NCBI GenBank assembly: GCA_944373145.1
Contig: CALWAL010000007.1
Coordinates: 26,005 to 90,004 of the forward strand
From: an uncultured Bacilli bacterium
GTDB taxonomy: Bacteria; Bacillota_I; Bacilli_A; RF39; UBA660
DNA length: 64,000 nucleotides
Reading direction: 5' to 3'
Part shown: in pieces, positions 10,343-20,962 of the stretch
Layout of the letters: every line of letters starts with the position of its first letter
Numbering within the stretch: position 1 is the stretch's first letter
Made by a program: the position numbers and the translations under genes
Notes under the pieces: generated by a model
The model's input: only the letters and a program-made list of their open reading frames with translations
The model's database searches: none
What the model was told of the DNA's origin: nothing

Positions 10343-12718
10343 ATGATAAGCTTAAATTGGGTAAAAGATTATGTTGATCTTACTGGCGAAGATTTAAAAG
10401 AATTGGCTGTTAAAGTTACTAAAGCGGGGGTCAATGTTGAAAAAGTTATTGATAATCATATTAATAATCTGGTTATCGGTGAAGTTATTGAGTGTGTGGA
10501 CCATCCTGACAGTGATCATTTGCACTTATGTCAAGTTAATGTTGGCGATTATGTAACTCAAATTGTTTGTGGAGCTCCTAATGTTCGTAAGGGCCTTAAG
10601 GTTATTGTTGCTTTACCAGGTTGTATTTTACCTGGTGGCGTGGAAATTAAGGCTGGCAAAATTCGTGGTCAAGAGTCAAATGGAATGCTTTGTGCTTTAT
10701 GCGAAGTAGGCGTTGAAGAGCGGACTGAAGAAAATTTTAATAAAGGTATTGAAGAAGTAAAATCGCCTTTAAAACCAGGAAGCGATGCCAATGAATATTT
10801 AGGTATAGATGATGTTTTATATGAGTTAGATGTTCATAAACATCGTAATAACGATTGCTATTATCATTTAGGTTTTGCTTATGAAATTGGTTGTATTATT
10901 AATAAGCCTGTTGTAGAACCAAATAAAGACTATAAAGAAATAAAAGAAAATACAAAAGATTATGTTGATTTGAGTGTCGAGACATCTAAATGCCCGTATT
11001 ATAACTGTAAAATGGTTAAGGATGTTAAAATTAAGGAATCACCTGATTTTATTAAAAAGAGATTAATTGCAGCTGGAATGCGTCCAATTAATAATGTTGT
11101 AGATATTTCTAATTATGTCATGTTAGAGTATGGTCAACCATTACATTTCTTCGACAAAAATAAATTAGGAAATAAAATTTTAGTTAGAGATGCTAAAGAT
11201 GATGAAGAAATTATTACTTTAGATGGAAATAAACGTATTTTAAAAAGTAGTGATATTGTTATTACTGATGGTGATAAACCAATTTGTATTGCCGGAGTTA
11301 TGGGTGGTTTGAATACTGATGTTGATGAGAATACTAAAGACATTTTAATTGAAAGTGCTGTTTTTGATGCTGTAAGTATACGTTATACTGCATCTCGTTT
11401 AGATTTGCGTAGTGAAGCTTCAACACGTTATGGTAAAGGATTAAATTATGAATATACGTCTGCTGCTTTAGCACGTGCATGTCATTTATTAGAAAAATAT
11501 GCAGATGCTAAAATTTTAAGTGGTATTGTTCAATATGATCAAGTAGATCGTACACCAAAGATTGTAACATTTGTAACTTCAGAAGTTAATTCACTACTAG
11601 GTATTGAACTAACTGATCAAGATGTTGAAACCGAATTAAAACGATTAGATTTTCCATACAAAATTAAAAAAGGCGAATTTACTGTAACAATTCCAAATCG
11701 TCGTTTAGATATTGATCCGAATGTTAATGATATTGCTGAAGAAATTGGAAGATTGTATGGTTACCATAATTTAGAATCGACTTTACCAGTTATTCCAACA
11801 AGAAGAGGTGTATATGTTGGTGATGTTAAAATTCGTAAAGAAGCATCTAAAAGGTTGCGTACTTTAGGGCTTACAGAAACTAAAACTTATACATTGACAA
11901 GTGCAGAAATGTCCACTAAGTTTAGATATGAAGATAAAATCCAAGTAGTATTGCCAAATCCAATGAGTATGGATAAATCTGTTGTTAGAACTAGTCTTTT
12001 GCCTTCATTAATGAATGTTTATGAATATAATAATGCACGTCATGTTAAAAATGTTTTATTATATGAGATAGCTAAAACATATGATGCCTCTTATAATGAA
12101 GACAGCAAAATTGCCATCTTAATGAAAGGTAGCTATTTAATTCAAGAATGGCAACATAAAACGATTAAATGTGATTTTTATACCATTAAAGGTGTAGTAG
12201 AAAATTTATTAGATTATTTAGGTTTTAAAAATAGATATACATTTGAAGTCACTGATGCAGCCGATATGCATCCTGGAATGAGTGCTAAAATTTTGTTAGA
12301 TCGTGAACCAATAGGTATTGTGGGTCGCGTGCATCCAAGTATGGCTAAAGATGAAATTTATGTAGCTGAATTATCTTTGACTACTATTTATAATAAACAG
12401 ATTAAACCAATTAAATTTAAGGAGGCGTCTAAGTATCCAGAAATTAATAAGGATTTAGCATTTATTGTTAAAAAAGATGTAACAGCTGGAACATTATTAC
12501 AACAAATCAAAAAATCTGGTGGTAAATTATTAGTTAATGTTGACATATTTGATGTTTATGTTGGCGATAATATTGGTGATGATGAAAAGTCAGTTGCTTT
12601 TTCACTTACTTTTCAAGATTCTAACCGTACTTTGAATGATTCAGAAGTAATGGAAGTGTTTAATAAAATTATTCATGATGTAGAAACTAAAGTAGGTGCT
12701 GTTTTAAGAAATAAATAG
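10343..12718 (+). CDS. pheT: Phenylalanyl-tRNA ligase beta subunit
   Basis: tRNA-binding OB domain (QIVCGAPNV, SNGMLC), B3/4, B5 (DIAEEIGRLYGY) and FDX-ACB domain. Confidence 0.97.
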   Translation: MISLNWVKDYVDLTGEDLKELAVKVTKAGVNVEKVIDNHINNLVIGEVIECVDHPDSDHLHLCQVNVGDYVTQIVCGAPNVRKGLKVIVALPGCILPGGVEIKAGKIRGQESNGMLCALCEVGVEERTEENFNKGIEEVKSPLKPGSDANEYLGIDDVLYELDVHKHRNNDCYYHLGFAYEIGCIINKPVVEPNKDYKEIKENTKDYVDLSVETSKCPYYNCKMVKDVKIKESPDFIKKRLIAAGMRPINNVVDISNYVMLEYGQPLHFFDKNKLGNKILVRDAKDDEEIITLDGNKRILKSSDIVITDGDKPICIAGVMGGLNTDVDENTKDILIESAVFDAVSIRYTASRLDLRSEASTRYGKGLNYEYTSAALARACHLLEKYADAKILSGIVQYDQVDRTPKIVTFVTSEVNSLLGIELTDQDVETELKRLDFPYKIKKGEFTVTIPNRRLDIDPNVNDIAEEIGRLYGYHNLESTLPVIPTRRGVYVGDVKIRKEASKRLRTLGLTETKTYTLTSAEMSTKFRYEDKIQVVLPNPMSMDKSVVRTSLLPSLMNVYEYNNARHVKNVLLYEIAKTYDASYNEDSKIAILMKGSYLIQEWQHKTIKCDFYTIKGVVENLLDYLGFKNRYTFEVTDAADMHPGMSAKILLDREPIGIVGRVHPSMAKDEIYVAELSLTTIYNKQIKPIKFKEASKYPEINKDLAFIVKKDVTAGTLLQQIKKSGGKLLVNVDIFDVYVGDNIGDDEKSVAFSLTFQDSNRTLNDSEVMEVFNKIIHDVETKVGAVLRNK

Positions 12719-12800
12719 GAAGTATAACTTCCTTTTATTTTACTTAAATTGTTTTTTCTTTCAATTTGTGTTATGATTAAAAATAGTTAGGAGTAGCATT

Positions 12801-13844
12801 ATGAAGCAAAAATTTAAAATTGTCTTAAGTGTGGTTGTTTTAATAGCGATTATGGTTCTAATTGTTATCAGTTTACCTGAGGCCGAAGATCATTTTGAAA
12901 GAAAACTTCTTTACGAAATCAATTATTTTGATGAAAAAGATCCTGGTTCTAAATATAATATTAGTATTTATAACGATAATATTGAAATATTAGAATATAA
13001 ATTGTGTGATAGTTGTGAAAATGACGAGCCGGTTAAATACTCTTTAAAATATTCAAATAATCATTTAGAACAAGTAGAAAAATTTGTTAAAGAAGAGTTA
13101 GAAATGAGTGAACAAGAAGTTAAGACTATTTATAAAAAAAATCTAAATGATTATCAAAATGCTGTGTTATTGTCATTGGTACAAGGTGAGGAATATTTTG
13201 ATATAAGTGTTCAAAAATATGATTACAAAATTGTATATACTGCAGATGACGATTTAGAATATTTTATTTTTGTTAATGATAATCAAATAATGGTAAAAAA
13301 AGTTAATTATAATACGGATTTTGAAATTATTAAAAATAGTAGTTATGAAGTTGATTTTAAAGATGACAATATAAAAATGATTATGGATTATGTTATTCAA
13401 GAATCTAAAATCCAAGATAAAAAAGAAATTTATAAAACAGCCTCTTTATATAAAAATGAAAAAAACATTATTTTAAGTTTAATAAATAATGATGAATCTT
13501 ATTTAGAAGAAAAGCCGGTTAACCTTTTATACCAAATTTCTTTTAGTGGTGTTAATTGCTTAACTCCTATACTAAGATTGTATGATGATAATACTTATGA
13601 ATATTATTATACTTATTCAACGGTGGCAAAAGAAATTGAACCTAAAGTAGGTATTTATGATTATTCTTTGGAAAATATAATTGATAATTTAAATAAGTAT
13701 GAAACTGAAGACATTGGTCCTATGTATATTATTACTGATTATAATAATAAAGAGTATACTACACCAGCTTCAAACAAAGAATTAAACAAGTTATTAACAG
13801 AGCTTAACATTGATTTAACAACTTGCCTTATTGTTCAAGCTTAG
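12801..13844 (+). CDS. Hypothetical membrane-anchored or secreted protein with internal duplication
   Basis: N-terminal hydrophobic helix. Two similar blocks end in NLNDYQNAVLLSLVQGEEYF and SLYKNEKNIILSLINNDESYL. Confidence 0.7.
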   Translation: MKQKFKIVLSVVVLIAIMVLIVISLPEAEDHFERKLLYEINYFDEKDPGSKYNISIYNDNIEILEYKLCDSCENDEPVKYSLKYSNNHLEQVEKFVKEELEMSEQEVKTIYKKNLNDYQNAVLLSLVQGEEYFDISVQKYDYKIVYTADDDLEYFIFVNDNQIMVKKVNYNTDFEIIKNSSYEVDFKDDNIKMIMDYVIQESKIQDKKEIYKTASLYKNEKNIILSLINNDESYLEEKPVNLLYQISFSGVNCLTPILRLYDDNTYEYYYTYSTVAKEIEPKVGIYDYSLENIIDNLNKYETEDIGPMYIITDYNNKEYTTPASNKELNKLLTELNIDLTTCLIVQA

Positions 13845-13927
13845 CAACTGTATCTACAGTTGCTTTTTTCATTGAATTACTTTATTAAATATGATATTAT
13901 TTAAGATAGTGAGAGTAGGTGTAGGTT

Positions 13928-14995
13928 ATGGGAAATGATATTTTTTCGGCATTTATTGATAAGAGTAAAAATATGATTTTAGAATACGCTAATACTTTTT
14001 TTAAATATACTATTAATAATAAAAATAAAATCACAAAAACTTTATCTAATATTATTGATATATATATAGATAATTATTATTTGAGGATTAATAATGATTT
14101 TGAAGAAGTTGAAGAATTATTTAGTGTTCAAAAAAGTAAAGATTTATTACTTCGTAAAACGTTATCATCTACGGTTCAATTTTATCGACTTAATAATTTG
14201 AATGATAAAATTGAAAGAGATAAAGCGACAATTATTTTAATTTCTAATGTCATTTATTTAGGTATTTGTTTAAGTGATAAATGTTTTAAACTTTATACAG
14301 GTGAAGCTGATGTTATTGTAGAACAGTTTGTGAATAAATATCATACTAAAATCAGAATTAAAAATTATGAAGAGTACGATGAAATGCTAGAAAGTTTAAT
14401 ATCTATTACGAAAAAAAATATGCATAGTCTTAAGAAAGCTTTCAAATTATTTGATGGAACAAATTATGCTATTCAAGTAAAAAAAATTATGGATTATGAT
14501 AATAAATATTTAGTAGAACCTATTTATGATATTAAGTTATTATCAAAATATAGTGATAATGAAATTGATAGTGCAATTGATAAAAACATTATTTTAGAAC
14601 ATTCTATTATAAGTTTAGAACAAACTATTTTAAAAGTTGTTTATGATTTCCTAAAAGGAATTCACAATACACAATATTTTTTAGAAATGCCTATTGAAAT
14701 ATTCGAACGTCAAAAATATAGTAAAATTTTATCAGAAATTTTTAAGATAGAATGTATTAAAAAAAATGTGGTAGTGGTTTTAAAACATGACGATATTGTA
14801 GAAGATAAAGATACAATTGCCTCTTTAAAAAGACAAAATTATGTTTTAGCGCTCAATCATATTGACATATTAAAGGTTAATGAACAAAGTTTTACTAATT
14901 TTGATTATCTTTTTGTCAATCAACAGTTTTTAGAAACACATGAGGGATATCAAGAAATATGGAGAGCTCAAGGCATTAATTTTATTATTAGTTAG
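13928..14995 (+). CDS. Hypothetical protein, possible degenerate EAL-like C-terminus
   Basis: Long ORF with RBS. The family call is only a pattern resemblance. Confidence 0.65.
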   Translation: MGNDIFSAFIDKSKNMILEYANTFFKYTINNKNKITKTLSNIIDIYIDNYYLRINNDFEEVEELFSVQKSKDLLLRKTLSSTVQFYRLNNLNDKIERDKATIILISNVIYLGICLSDKCFKLYTGEADVIVEQFVNKYHTKIRIKNYEEYDEMLESLISITKKNMHSLKKAFKLFDGTNYAIQVKKIMDYDNKYLVEPIYDIKLLSKYSDNEIDSAIDKNIILEHSIISLEQTILKVVYDFLKGIHNTQYFLEMPIEIFERQKYSKILSEIFKIECIKKNVVVVLKHDDIVEDKDTIASLKRQNYVLALNHIDILKVNEQSFTNFDYLFVNQQFLETHEGYQEIWRAQGINFIIS

Positions 14996-15004
14996 GATGA
15001 TTTT

Positions 15005-15964
15005 ATGAATAAAAGACTGTTAGATTTTATACTTTCAATATCTGAAGATAACTATGATGAATTTATTAAACAAACTAATTTGAGTGTTGAAGGTGATAAT
15101 AATCTTAATCTTGCTCCAATAGATTATTCTTGGATTGATATTGTCGAAAAGTATATACCATTTTTAAAAAATGCGGTTTTTAACCCTTATCAAGAAATAT
15201 TAGATGTTGGTGACTCTAAAAAATTATATGAAAATCGTTTTTTAATTTCTTTAATTTTAAAATTAGACAATTTTATTAATGAAAAATATCGTGAATTATT
15301 AGAACGTTTAAGACTGTCTGATAAAAAAGAATTAATAGTTAAAAGTCAAACTTTTTTGGAATTAGAAAATGTTGAGATTGAATTTAAAATTAAATCATGC
15401 TGTAAAAAAGATGATCAAGGAAGTGCTTATGGATTAAGCGCACAAGAACGAATTGAACGTTTATTAGATGTTTTACAAAATATTAGTGAATCGTCTTTCT
15501 TTAAGTCATTAAAAGATGTTCGATTAGTTGGATCGCCAATTCATCGTACGAATGTAATTTTAGAGGATCAAAACTTTAAAAAATTATTAGAACTTTGGGA
15601 TTTTTTAGAAAACTATCTTTTGATTCGCAAGACATTTTATAATAAAAAAGTTCAAGCTAAACAAAAAGATAGTTTTGAACGTAAACTTGAAAATATTTGT
15701 TTTATAAATTATCAACTGCTTCATCAAGAGAACTTAAATAGTAGTACCGAAGATTATTATCGTTCCTTTTTAGAACAAATCATAGAAAATCTAGTTAAAG
15801 ATAGTTCGATGGATAGTAAAACATTTAAAAAAATTGTTAACAAAAAGTTTGAAGAAGCATATTTAAAGAAGCAAAACAAAAAGAAAAATATTCAGGCAAT
15901 ATTTTACAAAAGTATTGATTCTTATCAGAAGCAAATTAAAGATGCTATTAGATGTTTAAAATGA
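15005..15964 (+). CDS. DUF2357-like hypothetical protein
   Basis: DYSWIDIVEKYIPFL, YENRFLISLI and RTNVILEDQNFKKLLELWDFL resemble DUF2357 proteins. Confidence 0.6.
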   Translation: MNKRLLDFILSISEDNYDEFIKQTNLSVEGDNNLNLAPIDYSWIDIVEKYIPFLKNAVFNPYQEILDVGDSKKLYENRFLISLILKLDNFINEKYRELLERLRLSDKKELIVKSQTFLELENVEIEFKIKSCCKKDDQGSAYGLSAQERIERLLDVLQNISESSFFKSLKDVRLVGSPIHRTNVILEDQNFKKLLELWDFLENYLLIRKTFYNKKVQAKQKDSFERKLENICFINYQLLHQENLNSSTEDYYRSFLEQIIENLVKDSSMDSKTFKKIVNKKFEEAYLKKQNKKKNIQAIFYKSIDSYQKQIKDAIRCLK

Positions 15965-16021
15965 CATCTTTTTTGTTTGACACCTTTAAGGTATAATGCT
16001 ACAATTACCTTAGGTGATAAC

Positions 16022-18175
16022 ATGCTTGTAGATGTTTTAGTTGAAATTAAAGCTAAACAAATTGTTCAGACTTTTACTTATCAGGTACCGTCTTATTTAT
16101 TGAATGAAGTAGCCCTCGGTAAACGAGTTATGGTTCCTTTTGGCACCCGTACATTAGAAGGTTTTATTTTGCAAATATATGATAAAACTGTTAATTTAGA
16201 ATTTGAGTTAAGAGATTTGATTGATGTTATTGACGAAGAACCAGTATTAAATAAAGAATTATTAGAACTAGGCGAATATATTAGTAAGAAAACTTTATGT
16301 AATTTGATTGCAGCTTATCAGACAATGCTTCCAAAGGCATTAAAGGCTAAACATGGAGTAGAAGTTTCTAAAAAGTATGTTACGTATCTTAAATTAGTTA
16401 AAAATGATTATATTCCAACTACAGAAAAGCAAAGGTTGTTAATAGAACAATTAAAAAGTGGCGATGTTGCTAAAAGTGAAATTATTAATTTTAATTCATT
16501 AAAAACTTTGATTAAAAAAGGAATTGTTACAGAATATAAAGTTGAGCAATATCGTTTATTTAATGAAGATACAACCATTAAAGAAAAAATTGCTTTATCG
16601 GAAGAACAAAAAAATGCTATTGATAAGATTTTGAAATATCAAAATATTTTCAAACCGTTTTTACTGTATGGTGTAACTGGAAGTGGCAAAACAGAAGTTT
16701 ATTTAAATGCTATTGATCATATGTTAAAAATTGGAAAAGAAGCAATCGTTTTAGTACCAGAGATAAGCTTAACTCCTCAATTGGTAAACCGTTTTAGAAA
16801 AAGGTTTGGTAATAAAGTGGCTATTCTTCACTCTCGTTTAAGTGATGGTGAACGTTATGATGAGTGGCGTAAAATTGAGAGAAAAGAGGTAAACATTGCG
16901 ATTGGTGCTCGAAGTGCTATTTTCGCACCTTTTACTAATTTAGGAATTATTATTGTTGATGAGGAACATACAGCAACATACAAACAAGAAAATACTCCTA
17001 AATATAGTGCTAACGATGTAGCTTTATATCGTGGAAAATATCATCAATGCCCAGTTGTTTTTGGCAGCGCAACGCCTTCAATTGAAAGTTATACGCGTGC
17101 TAAGACAGGTATTTATGAATTACTAACTATGAAAAAAAGAATTAATAATAAATTGCCACAAGTAAAACTTATTGATATGAAAGAAAGTATTAAAAATGGT
17201 TATAAAGTAATTTCAAAAGAATTATACAAGGCTTTAGAAAGATGTTTTGCAAATGGTGAACAAGCTATTTTGCTTTTAAATAGACGAGGATATTCAACAA
17301 CTGTAATGTGTCACGAATGTGGATATAAAATTACTTGTCCTGCGTGTGACATTCCTTTAACGTACCATAAACGAAATAATATTATGAAATGTCATTATTG
17401 TAATTATACGACCTCTAAAAGTTATATTTGCCCAGAGTGTGGCAGTAAAAATATTAATGAATTTGGCATGGGAACTGAAAAATTAGAAGAAATTTTAAAA
17501 GAGATGTTTCCTAGTGTTAAAATCGTTCGAATGGATGTTGATACCACTTCTAAGAAGGGGAGTCATGAAAGAATAATTTCTGCTTTTGCCGAAAAAAAAT
17601 ATCAACTTTTATTGGGAACCCAAATGATTGCTAAAGGATTAGATTTTTATGATGTGACTGTGGTAGGTGTTATCAATGGTGATGCTAGCTTAAATGTTCC
17701 GGATTTTAGAAATGCCGAGCGAACTTTTTCCTTGTTAAATCAAGTAGCTGGTCGTGCAGGAAGATCTCATAAAATAGGTCAAGTTTTTATACAAGGTTTT
17801 AATTTAAATCATTATAGTATCATTAATGCAGCAATGCACAATTATGAAGCATTTTATGAAGAAGAGATGCGTATTAGAAAGGTTTTAAAATATCCTCCTT
17901 TTTATAATTTATCCATCATTAAGATTGTTGGCAATGATTATGATTTATGTATACGTGAAGGAGAAAAAATACAGAAATACTTATCTCAAAAATTAGTTAA
18001 TGATATTGTTTTAGGGCCAACAAGTTCGTTAACTCCTAAAATAAATAATAAATATTATATTCAAATAATGATTAAATATAAAAATACAAAAGAAATAATG
18101 ACACCTTTTAGATTTATTCAAGAAAAGTATCGAAACAATCAAAAAATTATGGTAGATTTTGATGTTAGTGCTTAA
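16022..18175 (+). CDS. priA: Primosomal protein N' (replication restart helicase)
   Basis: GVTGSGKTEVY, DEEH, LLNRRGY, four CxxC and GTQMIAKGLDF. ATG 16022 follows an AGGTGA RBS. Confidence 0.96.
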   Translation: MLVDVLVEIKAKQIVQTFTYQVPSYLLNEVALGKRVMVPFGTRTLEGFILQIYDKTVNLEFELRDLIDVIDEEPVLNKELLELGEYISKKTLCNLIAAYQTMLPKALKAKHGVEVSKKYVTYLKLVKNDYIPTTEKQRLLIEQLKSGDVAKSEIINFNSLKTLIKKGIVTEYKVEQYRLFNEDTTIKEKIALSEEQKNAIDKILKYQNIFKPFLLYGVTGSGKTEVYLNAIDHMLKIGKEAIVLVPEISLTPQLVNRFRKRFGNKVAILHSRLSDGERYDEWRKIERKEVNIAIGARSAIFAPFTNLGIIIVDEEHTATYKQENTPKYSANDVALYRGKYHQCPVVFGSATPSIESYTRAKTGIYELLTMKKRINNKLPQVKLIDMKESIKNGYKVISKELYKALERCFANGEQAILLLNRRGYSTTVMCHECGYKITCPACDIPLTYHKRNNIMKCHYCNYTTSKSYICPECGSKNINEFGMGTEKLEEILKEMFPSVKIVRMDVDTTSKKGSHERIISAFAEKKYQLLLGTQMIAKGLDFYDVTVVGVINGDASLNVPDFRNAERTFSLLNQVAGRAGRSHKIGQVFIQGFNLNHYSIINAAMHNYEAFYEEEMRIRKVLKYPPFYNLSIIKIVGNDYDLCIREGEKIQKYLSQKLVNDIVLGPTSSLTPKINNKYYIQIMIKYKNTKEIMTPFRFIQEKYRNNQKIMVDFDVSA

Positions 18176-18232
18176 TTTTATTTGTTTTGTTCTAAAAATG
18201 TGCTATAATGTGTATTAGAGAGTAAAGAGGTT

Positions 18233-18652
18233 GTGCTTATGCGTGATGAATTAGTAAATAAATGGAGAAGTTCACTTATTTTACGTAGTGAACCAACAGA
18301 AGAAATAGAAATTTTACAACCATTAGCTGATAAAGATATTGAAGTTGAAAAAGAACTTTTAAAACGTGAACGCAAGAAATTAGAGGTTGAAAAAGATTTA
18401 GCGTATGAACGAATTCAATTGGAATTTGAAACATTAAGACAGGAAAGGGAATGTTTTGAAAGAATGCGGCGTCAATATGAAAAACAGCGAAAGTTGGATG
18501 AAGAAAGTTTTCAAGCGGTAAAATTAGAATTTGAAAAGTATAAAGAATTAGAAAAGCAAAAATTACAATTAGAAACTAAAGAGATGTTAAATAATTGTCA
18601 CAATTTTAAAGAGTTTTTTGATGATTATCGCGGCGATAATAAAATGTCTTAA
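18233..18652 (+). CDS. Hypothetical coiled-coil protein
   Basis: E/K/R-rich heptad pattern. Confidence 0.7.
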   Translation: MLMRDELVNKWRSSLILRSEPTEEIEILQPLADKDIEVEKELLKRERKKLEVEKDLAYERIQLEFETLRQERECFERMRRQYEKQRKLDEESFQAVKLEFEKYKELEKQKLQLETKEMLNNCHNFKEFFDDYRGDNKMS

Positions 18653-18667
18653 TAAAGAGGTGAATTT

Positions 18668-19759
18668 ATGAGTTCAAAAGTAAACACAGCTAACGATGAT
18701 ATATTAAATGAAATTATAGGTATTGAATATGAAGATGATGATGCTTTAACTTTACTTGATGATGAAGAAGCAGTGACGACAGTTAAAGAAGAAGATGAAG
18801 ATTTAGCTTCTTTTTATGCTGAAACCAAAGAACCAGTACAACCAGTTAAAAGAAATGTAGATTTGTATACTGAACAGACAGTTACAAAACCAGAAGTAGA
18901 AATAAAAAATGAATCAGTGCCTTCAAAAGTAGAGAATAAAACCCCTACCTTACATACTACAGTAACTCCAAATAAGGATGTTAATGCTTCTAAAGAAAAT
19001 ATTTATCAAAACAAATTAGATCAATTAGCTACTAATATTGATGCATACTTAAATGGCTCTTTAGAAAGCCGAAAAGATGATGTTAAGGTTGAAAAGATGA
19101 ATTCTGTTGTTGTTGAGGCTCCAAAAGTTATTCCAAAACCTGTTTCTGCCCAACCTGAAACAATTAAAACCCCTGGCTTTAATCAGATGTCAGCGCCTGA
19201 GGTTAAAGAAACAGTTAAAAGTACAAATAATTTAGAACAGTTATTTGCAAAAGTTTCCGATAATGTACGTGGAGCTAGCGATGTTAAACGGAAAATGGAA
19301 GAACGATATCGTGAATTACAGAGATTATATGACGAATTTGAAAAAAAGAAAAAAGCTGATTATGCAGAAATTAATGCTTATAAAGATGAAGTATATAATA
19401 AACTAAAAGTTCGCAAAGAAGAAATAGATGAGCAAGCTCGTAAACTAAAAGTAGAACAAGATATTTTAGCAAATCAGAAGAAACAATTTGAAACAGAAAA
19501 ATTGAGAATTAAAGACGATGCTAAAAAGAAAGAAGAAGAACTTTTAAATGCATTTAAAGAACGTGAAAAAAATATTGAGCAAGTTGAGAATGGCTTAATT
19601 AGACGTAAAGAACAATTAGATGTTGAAAAAGCTAATATTGCTAAGGCTAAAGCTGAATGTGAACAAGAGAAAAAGGAATTGGCAGATAATTTGGTTAAAT
19701 TTAATCAATTGGTTGATGACTTTACCAAGGGTGTAGATCGTTTTAGTGAGAATAATTAA
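18668..19759 (+). CDS. Hypothetical protein with acidic N-terminus, P/T-rich linker and C-terminal coiled coil
   Basis: Long ORF with GAGGTGA RBS. Composition-based domain layout. Confidence 0.72.
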   Translation: MSSKVNTANDDILNEIIGIEYEDDDALTLLDDEEAVTTVKEEDEDLASFYAETKEPVQPVKRNVDLYTEQTVTKPEVEIKNESVPSKVENKTPTLHTTVTPNKDVNASKENIYQNKLDQLATNIDAYLNGSLESRKDDVKVEKMNSVVVEAPKVIPKPVSAQPETIKTPGFNQMSAPEVKETVKSTNNLEQLFAKVSDNVRGASDVKRKMEERYRELQRLYDEFEKKKKADYAEINAYKDEVYNKLKVRKEEIDEQARKLKVEQDILANQKKQFETEKLRIKDDAKKKEEELLNAFKEREKNIEQVENGLIRRKEQLDVEKANIAKAKAECEQEKKELADNLVKFNQLVDDFTKGVDRFSENN

Positions 19760-19816
19760 TCAAGCGAATGCTTGATTTTTTAAATATAAAAAAGGTATAA
19801 TTAAATTGGTGATAGT

Positions 19817-20962
19817 ATGGTGTATTTAAGTATCGTAAATGGTCGAAATCAAAATGAGTTAGTTAAATTGTATGAGGGTGAAATTTACGAAATTGATCGC
19901 TTGACTATTAATTTTATTTCATCTGACGATATTAGAAAAAGGTATAAAGCTAAGTTAGCTGAATTTAAAAAGAAATATCCGCATGCAGCTGATGGTGCGG
20001 TTAGAATTTATGGCGATGGTGTATACAGTGAAAATGGACAACGCGTTTTATATAAAAAGCATAAAGTTGCTTTTAATCATATTATTAAAGATAAACACTT
20101 TTTGAGATGGACTAGTGAGCGTGATTTATCTGGACGATATGGCCGTGTTATTAAAGATGTATATATTTTACGTGGTATAACACAATTTCATCGCGAAATA
20201 ACAAGAATTAATCAATACATTAAGGAATTAAAAAGAAAAGATAAAGAAGATACGGGGTTAACAGGTGGTAGTAAACGATATTATTTGTTTATGAGAGCTT
20301 TATTGAATCGCTATGAAGAATATCGAAAAATTTACCATAAGCCAAGTATTGATGAAATATGGAAAGAACATTTAAGAAAACTAGATTCTAGTAAAACTAA
20401 ACTTGTAAAAAAACCAATTAAACCAAGTTCAATTATTAAAGAAGATGTTTCTTTAGAAGAATATGACCATGAAGAGTTTGATATTAAACTTGAGTATGAA
20501 GAACCATTATATGAATTTTTTACAGGTGATTATTTTGAACAGTATTATGGAAATATTTTTGTAGATGATGAACTAGTCATTTTAACTGATACACCAAAGA
20601 TAGAAAATAATCAAAGAGTGGCTTCAATTATTAATGCTACTGAAATTTGTTATAATGGGATTATTACGATTGGAAATATGAAAAGAATTAATGCTGAGAT
20701 AAACGATTCTTTTAATCAAGCACAAATTATTATTTTTTATGTTGAAAATGATAGCCAACATTTAGAACTATTATTAGCAATAGCTAAAGTGAATCATGCC
20801 AAAATATTGTTAGTTACTAACGATTTAGAATTATTACAAAAATATCAAAAACGTTATAAGAATATTATTCCTTTATTTGATAATGGTGAAGTTAAATTAG
20901 AAAAAATGATAGCCGACTTTTTTGCTGAGGAATATCGTCAAGCACGAGGTTATCATAAATGA
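19817..20962 (+). CDS. Hypothetical protein
   Basis: 381-aa ORF with RBS, overlapping the xerC start (ATGA). Confidence 0.7.
   Translation: MVYLSIVNGRNQNELVKLYEGEIYEIDRLTINFISSDDIRKRYKAKLAEFKKKYPHAADGAVRIYGDGVYSENGQRVLYKKHKVAFNHIIKDKHFLRWTSERDLSGRYGRVIKDVYILRGITQFHREITRINQYIKELKRKDKEDTGLTGGSKRYYLFMRALLNRYEEYRKIYHKPSIDEIWKEHLRKLDSSKTKLVKKPIKPSSIIKEDVSLEEYDHEEFDIKLEYEEPLYEFFTGDYFEQYYGNIFVDDELVILTDTPKIENNQRVASIINATEICYNGIITIGNMKRINAEINDSFNQAQIIIFYVENDSQHLELLLAIAKVNHAKILLVTNDLELLQKYQKRYKNIIPLFDNGEVKLEKMIADFFAEEYRQARGYHK

Noticed and set aside
15977-15997. TTGACA and TATAAT upstream of priA as one promoter
   Set aside because: The spacer is only 9 nt.
19817-20962. DprA-like identity suggested by position before xerC
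   Set aside because: DprA motifs (VSGLA.GID, RNRII) are not present, so it is left as hypothetical.
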